Origin: Eledone cirrhosa
Lineage: Eukaryota
DNA length: 64,000 nt
Direction: 5' to 3'
Assembly: GCA_964016885.1 (NCBI GenBank)
Contig: OZ024747.1
Span: 85,808,001-85,872,000, forward strand
How positions within the stretch are numbered: the stretch's first letter is position 1; each line of letters begins with the position of its first letter. The translations under genes were made by a program, and so were the position numbers. Below, piece by piece: positions 26,687 through 41,701 of the stretch. The notes beneath the pieces are model-generated. The model was given only the letters and a program-made list of their open reading frames with translations. It was not told the DNA's origin and did not search any database.

Positions 26687-26872
26687 GGTGGACTGGCAGT
26701 ATCGGTAGAGGGTCGGACGCCATGCTTTGACGCATAGAGTTATGGCCCTTGCCATTCTGAGTTCAAATCCCGCCGAGGTTAACTTTGCCGTTCATCTTTA
26801 CGGGGTGGATAAAATAAAGTACCAGTTATGCACTGGGTAATTGCTAGCCTTGTGTCAGAAGTAGAAACAATT
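26687..26872 (+). mobile_element. SINE family A
   Basis: Consensus match; TSD attatgtatg. Confidence 0.9.
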
Positions 26873-27139
26873 ATGTATGTATGTTTGTATGTATGTATGT
26901 TTTTATGTATGTATGTATGACGTATAAAAGTCCAGAAACACATGTTTGACACTCTCACCGGCTACTGAGACAACTGTGACTTATCTTAAAATATTCATAA
27001 CGAGACTCCTGCATGTTTATTATAGTTAAATATATCGTATGTCCCTTCAATTACTCCCTGCTCCGTCCCCTCTCTTTATATATATATATGTGTGTGTGTT
27101 TGTGTGTGTGTTTGTATACGTACATATATATATATATAT

Positions 27140-27276
27140 AATTGTTTCTACTTTAGGCACAAGACCAGCAATTAACCAGTTCGTTACTGGTACTTTATTT
27201 TATCGACCCCGTAAGGATGAAAGGCAAAGTCAACCTCGGCGGGATTTGAACTCAGATCGTAAAGGGCCATAACTCT
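27140..27276 (-). mobile_element. SINE family A, 5'-truncated
   Basis: Tail, core and B box are present. Confidence 0.85.
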
Positions 27277-27352
27277 ATATATATATTATATATATATATA
27301 TATAATACACATGCATATACATACATATACATACATATACATATATATATAC

Positions 27353-27398
<46 letters not shown>

Positions 27399-27734
27399 GA
27401 ATTTAGATTTAATCTCTGCTTTTATTTCGAGTTACGGCTATTATTAAATAAAACATACCACTCACCTAACACACACGCACATATACACGTACACACACTA
27501 ACGTACAAATACACATACACACAATAACGTACGCACGTATGTATAATAATTTCTTATGAACACATCACAGCTTGTGTTCTTGTCGTTTGTTCAATTAATC
27601 GAACTCTGTTCTGTTTCCCGTGGGATATTTTATACCTGGGCAAGTCATCCGTGAACATGACAGCTTACATAAGGCTTCGTTTGTTGTTTTGCAGAACCAA
27701 CAACAACAACATTGATGACGTTAACAACAACCAG

Positions 27735-28225
27735 AATGGACCTCGGTCGCTTTCCACGATGAGTGTTCCAGTTGTTTGATCAACGGAACGGCTTCTTCGT
27801 GAAATTGCCTCGCTAGTGACTGGCAGAGCCAGTGTGTTACAGTATAGAACATGGTTGGAAATTAGACGTATATTTACAGTCCTTCTTAAGTTATAGGTGT
27901 AAATGTCTGAGCATTCTACAAACAGGTATACCCTTTGCGTATTTCTCAGGGAGAGACAAGGCTAGAAATTTGAATCACATTTACAGTTCACCTTGTAATA
28001 TATTTGTAAGTAGTTTAGCATTCAACAGAGACGTGAACCTTTTAGCTAATTCTTAGAAAGATTCAGCACGGCAGGTTGGTCCTTTTAGTTACAGTTACAA
28101 AATCTGACGTCTTCCCAGATTCGCTCACAAGATTATGTGACACAAGCCGAAGGTGCCACACAGTGGAATCTAACCCGGGACCTTAAGTTTGTAAAGCGAA
28201 TTTATTAACCATTTGGTCATGCTAT
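27735..28225 (-). mobile_element. Degenerate SINE family C (Nin/Deu-like core) fragments
   Basis: gttgtttgatcaacggaacggc...gtgaaatt matches 31490-31530 and 37665-37700; tRNA-like head remnant at 28150-28222. Confidence 0.55.
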
Positions 28226-28750
28226 GTCCTCTAACGACAACAATTAAAATAACGATTTTATTAGCACAAATTATATAAATAAAAAACAGCGGGGGATCCT
28301 CTTAGACAGTGATGGGCACCAATTGTGTATGAGAGGAGAATTATAAGTACACAGGAACCTAGAGGGACAGATTAGTGCTCATATAAAGGAATGATTGTGT
28401 AATTTTACAAAATGCCAGGTATGTAAATTATAGGTCGGAGGATTGGCAGAATCGTGTGTTTGTTCGATGAAACGTCTTGCGACATTTGTTCTGGATCTTT
28501 ACCAGGTAAACGTTGTCCTTCATTGTTCTTGGGTCGACAGAATACAATGACGTTAGCTTGAGCTCATGAAATTTAACCGGGCGAAGAAAACATGCTGCAT
28601 GGTCAAAGGGAACCGCCTGTGAAAAAGTTTTAAAAATCTTACTTCAAAGAATAAAGTTTCAGACAGGCGTGTGATGACTTTGATCTGTCGCTATTAATCC
28701 CGAGTAACATCGCCGAGTCAGAGCCACCTTGATGCACATGTATCAATAAT

Positions 28751-28935
28751 AATTGTTTCTATTTTTGGCACAAGGCCAGCAATTACCCAGTACATTACTG
28801 GTACTTTATTTTATCGACCCCGTAAGGATGAAAGGCAAAGTTAATCTCGGCCGGATTTGAACTCAGATCGTAAAGGGACGTAACTATGCTGGAAATCATG
28901 TCCGACCCTCTACCGATACTGCCAATCCACCACCC
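28751..28935 (-). mobile_element. SINE family A
   Basis: Consensus match; TSD tgta(t/g)caataataat. Confidence 0.9.
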
Positions 28936-28989
28936 TTTGTAGCAATAATAATAAAGAATATCTATGCTCTACTTCGTTATGAGGGAAGC

Positions 28990-29480
28990 CATTGTTGATG
29001 AACAAGATCTCGGCTTTACAAAGGAGAAGTAAGCGAAGTCCTCCAACTGTTATATGGAATACAAATTTTGCTGATAACAAGAACCATTGAACGAAATCAA
29101 GAACTGTTTCATAAAGTCGAATTTTCTGCCAGGAAAATTGGTCTACACATAAATGTTAACAAAACAGAATACATGACACCAAACTAAGAAGATGGAAATC
29201 TTGTCACATTGGATGGCGGAATACTAAGTCGTGTTGAAAATTTTCTATATTTCGGCAACTGGTTGAGTTTATCAAAAAAAGGACATGACATTAGAATTTC
29301 CAAAATCTTGGCCGCAATGAACAAGATGGAAACGAGATGGAAGTCATATCTATCCCCAAAACATCTGTTGAGTTAGTGTTGTTGTATGGATCAGGTAAAT
29401 GGACCCTCAACAGGGATCAGTTGCCAGGAACAATGGAAAATCGTAAATTGTGGAGAGACTTTGTCAGGAATGTTCGACTG
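28990..29480 (+). pseudogene. Degenerate RTE-like LINE reverse transcriptase fragment
   Basis: FAD...KIGLHINVNKTEYM...VENFLYFGNW; stops and frameshifts. Confidence 0.7.
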
Positions 29481-29489
29481 TGGTCGCAA

Positions 29490-29847
<358 letters not shown>

Positions 29848-29850
<3 letters not shown>

Positions 29851-30105
29851 GAGGCACGTGCCCTAGTGGTAAGAGTGTTGAACTTACGATCATAATGTCG
29901 TGGGTTCGATTCCTGGGCTGCGTCTTGTGTTCTTGAGCAAAACACTTCATTTCACGTTGCTCCAGTATACTCAGCTGAAAATGAGTACCAGCAATAGCTG
30001 GAGGTTTAATCCTGCGATGGACTGGCGTCCTGTCCAGGAGGGAGTATTGTACTCTCAGTCGCTTCACGCCATGAAACCGGGATAAGCACCGGCCAAATGA
30101 GCCTT
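29848..30105 (+). mobile_element. tRNA-derived SINE family B (CORE/V-like central domains)
   Basis: A-box-like TGCCCTAGTGG, B box GGTTCGATTCC, cttgagcaaaacactt, cctgcgatggactggcgtcctgtccagg. Confidence 0.8.
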
Positions 30106-30147
30106 CTGGCTTAAGACAGACTTTCGACTTTATATATATATATATTG

Positions 30148-31124
30148 AAGACTAAAATCCAAAGAGGGCTCGATAAGGATAAATATATATCAAATATATA
30201 AGAACCGTAGAGAAAATATTTATTAAAATAGCCCTTAACGAGATCTTCTGAAACTAAAAAGTCAATCTGTGAACGCAGAAGTAAATATTTCAAAAAACGT
30301 TGCGACCGGAGGAAGACAGGAAGACGATACTTTGGTTCGTGGAAACGTTCCCTGGCAAAGAACGGGAAAAAACGAAGATAATATGTCATTATTTGGAGGG
30401 GTGAAAAACAATTACACGCAAAGACAAAACCACGTTTATGGTATAAAAGAAGTCGTAGACTAATATTCTATTAGGTGGTTCATGGAGACGTTCTCTGGCA
30501 ATGAACGGAAAAAACGAAGATAATACGTCATTATGTGGAGGTTAACTTTGCCTTTCATCCTTACGGGGTCGATAAAATAAAGTACCAGTAATGTACTGGG
30601 TAATTGCTGGCCTTGTGCCTAAAGTAGAAACAATTATGTGGAGCGGGGAGAACAATTGCACGCAAAGACAAAACCACGTAAATGGTATAACTGAAGTCGT
30701 AGACTAAAATTCTAACTATTGTTCTCACTGCCCAACATAATGACGTATTATCTTCGTTTTTCCGTTCATTGCCAGAGAACGTCTCCATGAACCACCTAAT
30801 AGAATATTAGTCTACGACTTCTTTTATACCATAAACGTGGTTTTGTCTTTGCGTGTAATTGTTTTACACCGCTCCAAATAATGACATATTATCTTCGTTT
30901 TTTCCCGTTCTTTGCCAGGGAACGTTTCCACGAACCAAAGTATCGTCTTATTGTCTTCCTCCGGTTGCAACGTTTTTTGAAATATTTACTTCTGCGTTCA
31001 CAGATTGACTTTTTTAGTTTCAGAAAAATCCCGTTAAGGGTTATTTTAATAAATATTTGCTCTACGGTTTTTATATATTTGATATATATTTATCCTTATT
31101 GAGCCCTCTTTGGATTTTAGTCTT
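30148..31124. mobile_element. ~1-kb fold-back of pLTR family X (arms 30148-30655 and 30718-31124), with a SINE in the left arm
   Basis: Arms are reverse complements; internal ~140-bp tandem units; homologous to 63415-63842. Confidence 0.88.
30539..30635 (+). mobile_element. SINE family A, 5'-truncated
   Basis: Core and tail; TSD attatgtggag. Confidence 0.9.
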
Positions 31125-31145
31125 AAAATTTATTATTATTATTAT

Positions 31146-31209
<64 letters not shown>

Positions 31210-31454
31210 CTGACACTCATCAAAATCATATTCGTCAGAAAATATATAGAAAGCTTTACTAATTTTTATTTAACAAAAAAAAATTATAAACAAATTTTTC
31301 CAATTTTAAAATGACAAACAATAAAATAAAATATATTTTTAATTTAATTTCTAGACTAGGCATCACATAAGAAAATAAATATAATTATACAAAAATAAAT
31401 GTAATTATAAGAAAATAAATATTGTGGTATTTCTTTAAATTTGTGTGATGTAAT

Positions 31455-31640
31455 TTGATCTCCCTCGGTGTCGACGGGGAGCCTTTCTATAGTTTGATCA
31501 ACGGAACAGCTTGCTCATGAAATTAATGTGAAAGTGGTTTAGCATTCCACAGACACGTGTATCCTTAACGTATTTCTCAGGAAGATTCACCGGGGCAGGG
31601 TTTGTGACAATGTTGGCTCTTTGAATTCCAGGTACAGTCT
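31455..31640 (-). mobile_element. SINE family C fragment
   Basis: gatcaacggaacagcttgctcatgaaattaatgtgaaagtggtttagcattccacagacacgtgt. Confidence 0.65.
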
Positions 31641-31659
31641 ATCTTGCATTATAGTGTAT

Positions 31660-31993
31660 GCGGATTGGCAGTATCGATAGAGGGTCGGACGCCATGCTTT
31701 GCAGCAAAGAGTTACGGCCCTTTATAGTCTGAGTTCAAATCCCACCAAGGTTAACTTTGCCTTTCATCCTTACGGGGTCGATAAAATAAAGTACCAATAA
31801 TGCACTGGGATAAATGCTGGCCTTGTGCCAAAAATAGAAACAATTGTAGTATATGAGGCGGTTAGGGTGGTGGATTAGCAGTATTGGTAGATCGTCGAAT
31901 CACATGCTTTGTGATATAAAGTTATGACCCTTTGCGTTCTGAGTTCAAATCCCGCTGAGGTTAGCTTTGCCTTTCATCCATACAGGGTCAATA
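31660..31993 (+). mobile_element. SINE family A (31660-31845) followed by an older partial copy (31867-31993)
   Basis: Consensus matches; TSD att(a/g)tagt(g/a)tatg. Confidence 0.87.
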
Positions 31994-32009
31994 ATATTTT
32001 ATATTATAT

Positions 32010-32061
<52 letters not shown>

Positions 32062-32291
32062 ATGTGTGTGTGTGTGTGTGTGTGTGTAAGCGCCGAAACA
32101 ACCAAGATCCGTAGTAAACAGCTGACGGAGGGAAACTTTTCTTCTCTTGTTTGTGTCCCGATTACCTTCTAACACTTCGCTTTCTCAGTAACCACACAGC
32201 CTCGCCTCCTAACCCGTATATATATTATATATATATATATATATATAGTGCATACACTGTATGCATATATATATGTATGTACGTATACATA

Positions 32292-32365
<74 letters not shown>

Positions 32366-32598
32366 AGTACGGCGATTAACGTAATTCTATCAGGGGTTAA
32401 TTTCTAACTCTATTTGAGCAGAGAATGAAATGACATATCCTGGGAATATTGAGATAAAAAGATAGAATACCTGCTCCGATATTAACAGGTGTTTCACACC
32501 ACCTTCGTTATCCAGTACTTGCTGGACTTCGACATTAGTTCCATGTATACGTACTGACATTGCTACTGTCATTTGACGTCGCCATTGATAGTTTACAC

Positions 32599-34424
<1,826 letters not shown>

Positions 34425-34485
34425 CTTTACACCAAGCTGTTTCATGTGGAACAGAACGTTAGAAGTTTGATTGTTTTTAAATTAT

Positions 34486-34908
34486 AATTGTTTCTACTTT
34501 ATGCACAAGGCCAACAATTATCTCAGTGCATTACTGGTACTTTATTTTATCGACCCCGTAAGGATGAAAGGCAAAGTTAACTTCGGCGGGATTTGAACTC
34601 AGACTATAAAGGGCCGTAACTCTTTGCTGAAAAGCATCGCGTCAGACCCTCTACCGATACTGCCAATTCACCATCTATTTCGTTTTAATTATAATGGTTT
34701 CTTATATAGGCACAAGGCCAGTAATTTTTGGGGAAGAGAAAGTCGATTAAATCGATCCCAGTGCGTGACTGGTACTTTATTTTATCGACCCCGTAAGGAT
34801 GAAAGGCAAAGTTAACCTCGGCGGGATTTGAACTCAGACCATAAAGGGCCGTAACTCTTTGCTGAAAAGCATGGCGTCAGACCCTTTACCGATACTGCCA
34901 ATCCACCA
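34486..34908 (-). mobile_element. Two adjacent SINE family A copies (short 34486-34673, long subtype 34694-34908)
   Basis: Reverse-complement consensus matches. Confidence 0.9.
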
Positions 34909-35337
34909 TCCATTAAAAAAAATATAATAAAATGTTTTCAGGCTACTTATGTTCAAAATAGCGCATAATCTCGAAATTCCCCTTGCCCTCGTGGAAATAG
35001 AAATATAGTATATTCCTAGATATAGGAATATACTATACACCTGGGTATAAGACGGGGTGGAGCGGTATTTAGTGAAAGCTTTTTTATAATATGTCTTGTC
35101 AATTTTGGTGGATTGGCAGGTTCGTTAAGGTGCCGGACAAAATGCTTTCTGGTATTTAGTTACGGCTGAGTTCAAATCTGACTGATGGCAGCTTTGCTGA
35201 GTTCAAATCTGACTGATGGCAGCTTCGCCTTGCAATCTTCTGGTTAAAGTAACAGTCAAGTACTGGGGTCAATATAATTGACTATCAAAAACTGCGTAAG
35301 ACGAGGGAACATTGTATATATGTCTGCCTTGTAGAAA

Positions 35338-35505
35338 ATTGGCTGTTGGATATTTGGTTTAACACCCCGCCTAGATTGGCTGTTGAGTATATGGTTTAAC
35401 ACCCCGCCTAGATTGGCTGTTGAGTATATGGTTTAACACCCCGCCTAGATTGGTTGTTGGGTATATGGTTTAACACCCCGCCTATATTGGCTGTTCAGTA
35501 TTTGT
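35338..35505. repeat. 37-bp tandem repeat, ~4.5 units
   Basis: attggctgttgagtatatggtttaacaccccgcctag. Confidence 0.95.
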
Positions 35506-35683
35506 TTGTTCGCCCACCCATGTAAAAAGACGAAAGACTGCCTTCTTCTATCAAACGCCCTTCTTACAATCACTTCACCCATTAAAATGTTAAAGTCTTG
35601 CAGTATTTTATTGTCCAAGATAAGAAAATAATCTGTATAATGTGAAATAATTTATAGAACTACGTTCTTTCACGTGTGTGTGT

Positions 35684-35770
<87 letters not shown>

Positions 35771-35826
35771 CGCCTGTGCATGTATATATGGATGGATGGA
35801 CGGACGGACGGACGTACGTATGTATG

Positions 35827-35867
<41 letters not shown>

Positions 35868-36529
35868 TCTCTTTTTTCTTAATTTCGAATTTATTTTGAC
35901 TGGCCACCTTCCCGGTGACAAAGTTGCAAAGAAAAAGAAAATTTCTGTCGTCCCTTGTGCTGTGGTGCCGTCGGTGTGGAATGTTTCCTAACATTTACTC
36001 TCCCCCACCACTTCCCTGCTCTATAAACTTCTACGCATGTAGTGACGCCACACTTCCTAGTTCAGTTGATTGAGGTTGTACCACCTTATCGTCATATCCA
36101 AAGCTAAGCAATTCCTCTTACGGTCATACCACGAAATGAAATATATAAAGCTACGATCATATTGCTACTGCCTCCTTTTCTATACAACCTCTTTGCGACT
36201 GATTCTACGTGTGTGTGTGTAATTTATGCGCAGAATTTCATATACATATTTGTACACCTCCCTATGTTGGTCAGTATCCGTGCGTGCGCTCACTCACACC
36301 TCGACACTCATAGTAGCCAACCCCGTCACGGTGAAATACCCACCATTGAAACCTTTGCACAAACAAACGAACAAACTTATACACTCACGCACACACTCAC
36401 GCACTCATATGTCAACTCAAAATATACTACGATTACTTCCCTTTCTAAACCTTTCTAATTCCTAAGATACTCATTGACCAACATTTCTCTATGGTGGCTG
36501 ACTGAATACACACATGTTTTATTTTAAAA

Positions 36530-37139
36530 CTAGCCGAATTACCCGCGCGTTGCTGCGTTTCACACATTTTTTGTAAGAAAATGATGATTGATTTTAAATC
36601 AGTGATATAATAAAGAGAAAATGTTAAAAAAGTAGAGACATTAACTAATAATTTTTGTTGTCATAATTCTAGTGATGTTTTGCCATAGATAAAATGTCTA
36701 AATTACCCAAATTTTACTATAAAAGAGAGGTGCTTTTTTTGTTAATTTACGTTTAATTAATAGAAAACCCCCGTGATAATAGAGGTTCTAATACTCAAGT
36801 TATGGACTTCCAAAAGTTTTAACTATAGGGGGTTTAACCCCCATTAGGGTGTCTTAATATTATTGAAATTTTATGAAATTTTGTGAAGAGGCATCATATC
36901 TTGTCATTTACCTATGGTTTAAATTTCATATAAATCGAAGGGAAAACATTTTCAGCGGGGGTTTTCAGCGGGGGTTTGTGCCCCCGGGGAACCCTTTGAT
37001 TAAAATGAAATATACTTAACCAAGTACCCTGGGCAATGTAGTTTCAGAAGATATATGGTTATGAGGGTCTATCTCCAAAACCATAGGAGGAGTTCGTGAA
37101 CAAACAAACAGACAGGAACTACAACTTTATATATAAAGA
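36530..37139 (-). mobile_element. Non-autonomous Helitron
   Basis: Minus strand A|TC...CTAG|T termini, GC-rich hairpin near the 3' end, (caaa/caga) microsatellite near the 5' end. Confidence 0.75.
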
Positions 37140-37208
37140 TAATAATTTTCCCATTCCTTGCTCTTCGCATTCTTTATGTTTCTATTTCATCTTTTATTTC
37201 TCATTCTA

Positions 37209-37244
37209 TCTTCTGATGAAGGACTAGTGTCCGAAATATAAAGA
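37209..37244 (+). ncRNA. Minimal hammerhead motif in a family Y pLTR copy (~37145-37345)
   Basis: tctt-CTGATGA-a-GGAC tagt GTCC-GAAA-tata-aaga. Confidence 0.78.
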
Positions 37245-37624
37245 TTCTTTTCCTACTATATCAATCGTTAAACTAATATATTTCTTCTTTGTACTCTGTA
37301 GTTTATTCGTTTGTTTGTTTGTTTTTCCCGTTCGTTTTCGGGTAATGTTCTAAAGAGTGGGGAAAAGACTGTGTTATAGTATGGGGCTACTCTGTCAAAG
37401 ATTTGTTTGATGAGAGCTTGGCTGTACGCTTACTAATAATCTTAACTAGATTCGTAAAGACTCTAGTTGGATGGCATGAGTTTTTATGTATATATCTAAG
37501 GTTTTCGCTAGGCTTATGGAAGGGTTTATGTGTGTGTGTGTACGTAGGTTTATGCTTAGATTTCAGAGGTTAACACTAGTGAGACTTGTAGATACTGTAA
37601 TTTTTTAGTTCTATATATATATTG

Positions 37625-37955
37625 TTGTTGTTGGACCTTTGTCGGTACCGATAACGAGTGTCCCAGTTGTTTGATCAAGGGAACATCATGCTCTTGAAAT
37701 CAACCTGTAAATGGCTGATCATTTTACTGACACGCATACCGTCAGCGTGGTTGTCTGAAAGATTCAATGTTACACAGTGTGACAAGGCGGACCCTTTGAA
37801 TTAAAGTTACGGTATTCCTTTTTTCTCCAGCTGAGTTGACTGAATCAACGTGAAATATAGTGGCTTGCTCAAAGACACAAAGAGCCACGAGGAATCGAAC
37901 TCACAACCTTACGATCCTGAACCGAGACACTAACCAGTGAGCCATGCATCTACAC
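37625..37955 (-). mobile_element. tRNA-derived SINE family C, near full length and divergent
   Basis: Minus-strand head TGGCTCACTGG...GAGTTCGATTCC, CORE-like ctttgagcaagccact, central Nin/Deu-like domain, (AAC)n tail. Confidence 0.75.
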
Positions 37956-37985
37956 ATACGCACATATATATACACATGTAACACA

Positions 37986-38069
<84 letters not shown>

Positions 38070-38201
38070 AAATTTAAGCCCAAATCTCATTTTGGATGGG
38101 GGATATAAGTCAAATTGGCTTTAAAAAAAAGGCAATTTTAACTTATATAATGCCCCAGCCATGGTTTCTGAAACTCAAGATACACCAGCTGGAATTCCAA
38201 G

Positions 38202-38282
<81 letters not shown>

Positions 38283-38952
38283 GAGAGAAATAATTTGTTT
38301 ACATAGTACCTTTTAACTCACCTCTCTCACTCTTTCTTTACCCCCCCATGTTCATAAACACATCCACCATCTTTATTTTTGTCTTCCTTTTCCTTCTTTA
38401 CACAATTCTCTAACACTTATCTTATCACCCCTTCCACCTCTATTCCTTCCCCCACTACACGTTTCTCTCTGTTCCCATCTTTTATTTACTTACCTCCTTC
38501 TTTACCCACCTTTCTGTTGCCCCTCTCACCTCACACTCACACTACCACCTCCCCGTTGTTCATTGATACTGCACTATTTCTATTACACCTAAAATAAAGT
38601 GCTAAGGCCGACAAATAAAAGTGGACAAAAGATAGGAATCTCTACCACACACTTTTACTACCGTTCCTCTTTATTCCTTTCTTCCAGTTCCATTGCTTTT
38701 TCTTCCCATTTTAGTGAATTATCGGTGGTTTTATCAAAAAGATTGGAATTCCAGACTAAGCATTTAAAAAGTCGTCTGTAAAAACAAAGTGTATTTTGTC
38801 TTCCTCCGAAATGTTATCTGGTTGTAATAGAGTTCCGTTAACGTCGACAGCGATCGAGATAATACATGAAATATATATTATGGAAGACGGCCGCCCGTTA
38901 ATATACGCATGCACCTATATGTTTGTATATGTATGAATGTATATATATATAT

Positions 38953-39087
<135 letters not shown>

Positions 39088-39528
39088 TGTGTTTGTGTGT
39101 TTGTGGGGTTGTGTGGGTGTTTGTGTGTGGGGGAATGTTTGAGTGGGTGTTTGTGTGTATGTGTGTTTGTGTGTGTGGAGGGTGTTTATGTGGGTGTTTG
39201 TATGCGTGTGTGTTTGTTTGTACGTACAAATCATGTAACACATACGAATATTCACTCGAATATCGCGCACACAAACAGACAGGCACACACAGTGGCGCGC
39301 GCGCGCACACACACACACATGTAGTCTTCTACCTTTTCGACTTAATGTATAGAATCACTTTTTTTAATTGTGGTCTCTTTCCGCTCTTCTACGGGAAACC
39401 ATTCTTTATATATATAATATGCATACTCTGAATTGCAGATTCGTATTTACAACATGCGATTTCTGTAATTTCATGGAGTGAGTGGATATCGGCTGGGCTA
39501 TACGTAACCTAAACGTATAACTTATGCC

Positions 39529-39593
<65 letters not shown>

Positions 39594-39647
39594 ATGATGT
39601 TTTTTTTCAAAATGAAAACAAAAACGAGATGTCCTACTCGAGTGAAA

Positions 39648-39907
39648 GTATAAGGAAAAAAGATGAAATCGAAAATACAACTGGAGTCTTTTCAAGAATA
39701 TTTATTTGTTTCCTTTACCGGTTCCACAGTTCTTATGCTTTTCAAAAGTAGAATTGAGATGGAGGGTTTGTGGTTTTTCACGCATCAAACCCTCTATCTC
39801 AATTCATCTTTTGAAAAGCATAAGAACTGTGGAACCGGTAAAGGAAACAAATAAATATTCTTAAAAAGACTCTAGTTGCATTTTCGATTTCATCTTTTTT
39901 CCTTATA
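39648..39907. mobile_element. Fold-back palindrome (~122-bp arms, ~15-nt loop) of a pLTR-like tail with a degenerate HHR
   Basis: Arms 39648-39770 and 39786-39907 are near-perfect reverse complements; ttgaaaagc...gtggaaccggtaaagg followed by AATAAA. Confidence 0.85.
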
Positions 39908-40017
39908 TATATATATATATATATATATATTTACATACATCACCTGGGAGAAGTGACCGTTTCTGCGCATGCGTATTCATACCGGTTGTTTTCCCCTTTC
40001 CGTACAACCACACTCAG

Positions 40018-40058
40018 ACCGAGCCGAAGATTCGCAAGGTGAAACATTTGTTCTCGGT
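40018..40058 (+). ncRNA. Degenerate hammerhead motif
   Basis: accgag-CCGAAGA-ttc gcaa ggt-GAAA-ca tt tgtt-ctcggt; perfect 6-bp stem I, U4>C change, weak stem II. Confidence 0.55.
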
Positions 40059-40088
40059 ATGGTGAACTAACTGTTGTGATACTACTTC

Positions 40089-40124
<36 letters not shown>

Positions 40125-40203
40125 CTGTTCCATCTACCGAATTATTATTATTTTTATGAGTCCCCAGTGTCCGCGCATTGCCTGGAGACTTAGCTGAGAA
40201 TAG

Positions 40204-40285
40204 ACTCCCTGATGACGCAATGAATTCTCGACAGTTATATTACGTAACTGTCTTTATCCCATTGCAGAAACTAATTAGTTGGAGT
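40204..40285 (+). ncRNA. Type I hammerhead ribozyme with extended stem II
   Basis: actcc-CTGATGA-c-gcaatg...gacagtta tattacg taactgtc...cattgc-a-GAAA-ctaattagtt-ggagt; palindromic AACTAATTAGTT stem III. Confidence 0.8.
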
Positions 40286-40342
40286 GAAAATTTTAGTAAG
40301 TAAGTTAATTTTTTTAATTTTTTAAAATTTTCTTATTTTACG

Positions 40343-40432
<90 letters not shown>

Positions 40433-40792
40433 TTGTGTATATATATATATATATTAACAAAGACAGGACAAGATAACAAACGAAAACAAGGCAAAACGAA
40501 AAACAATCTTTTAAAGGAGAAACCTTAAAAAAATATTTTTGAAAATAAAAATAAAACCGAAAGACACAGAATTCCAGGTTCATCGGCCGTTGAGATGGGC
40601 TTTGGCAGTTTTGACCCCTACGAAAGGTACTGCTGATCCACCCGGGATCACAGCGTCTGACACAAGCCAAAGCGCTGTCCAGTGGAGTAAAAAACAATAA
40701 CCTTGCAATTAAGCTATGACAAGTACACATAGAATTTTACATGACGTGTGTGTGTGTCTGTCTGTGTGTGTGTGTGTGTGCGTGTGTGTGTC

Positions 40793-40824
<32 letters not shown>

Positions 40825-40845
40825 TCTGTGTGTGTGTGTCTGTGT

Positions 40846-40883
<38 letters not shown>

Positions 40884-41519
40884 CTATGTGTGTGTGTGTG
40901 CCTATGTGTGTGTGTGTGTCTATGTGTCTGTGTGACCGATAGGGTTTCCATGTACATTAGCAACTTTTATGGCATAGTTTCAATGATTTTGCGTTGAACT
41001 CGAGCATTTTATAACATAAATACATCATACATTCTATTATAATGGATCTTAAATATGTATCCTTTTTCTATAGTTATATTACTTATTTAGTCAGAATTTC
41101 AATAAAATATCTCTTGCTTAAAATCCGTTAGGAAAATTTCAAATCATATTAAGATTGCAAAACTTCTTATAAAACTGATTTTGTCTCTAGACATGCAAAT
41201 ACCAATGAGGCAGACATCTTTTTACACACAAAACATATCACTTTCCCGCCTCCAGCGAAAAACTAGCTTGCTAGAAGATGATACAAGTTTTTGTTATAAA
41301 GATATCGGAATTTTGCCGAAAATACAAAACCAAGCCGAAAAGCACTGAAAGAACCAATTTTTGCAATAGATGCTTGAAGGGAATTGGAAGAAGAAGACAT
41401 GATAAAAAGCTGGTGGCTATTTTGAGGGGAAATATTCGTTATTTTTTCCTCAGTAGTAAAAAATAAATTCCTCAGTATTTAGATACGAAAATATCAGATA
41501 GTTAGATATTATGTATGGC

Positions 41520-41669
41520 TTTGTAATTGTTGTTGCTGGCTTTTATGTTGAGTGTTGTTGTAATTGTTGTTGTTTTTAATGTAGTTGTCGTTTTTATTGT
41601 TGTTGTTTCATGTTCCTTGATGCAATTATTTTTCTTGTTGTTTGACGTAGTCGTTGACATTACTGTTGT

Positions 41670-41701
<32 letters not shown>

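Noticed and set aside
29848-29920. tRNA gene
   Set aside because: A/B boxes are present but it continues into a SINE body with no complete cloverleaf; the same holds for family A heads.
36015-36070. TATA plus TCAGTT initiator promoter
   Set aside because: Spacing of about 42 nt is non-canonical and no downstream gene is visible.
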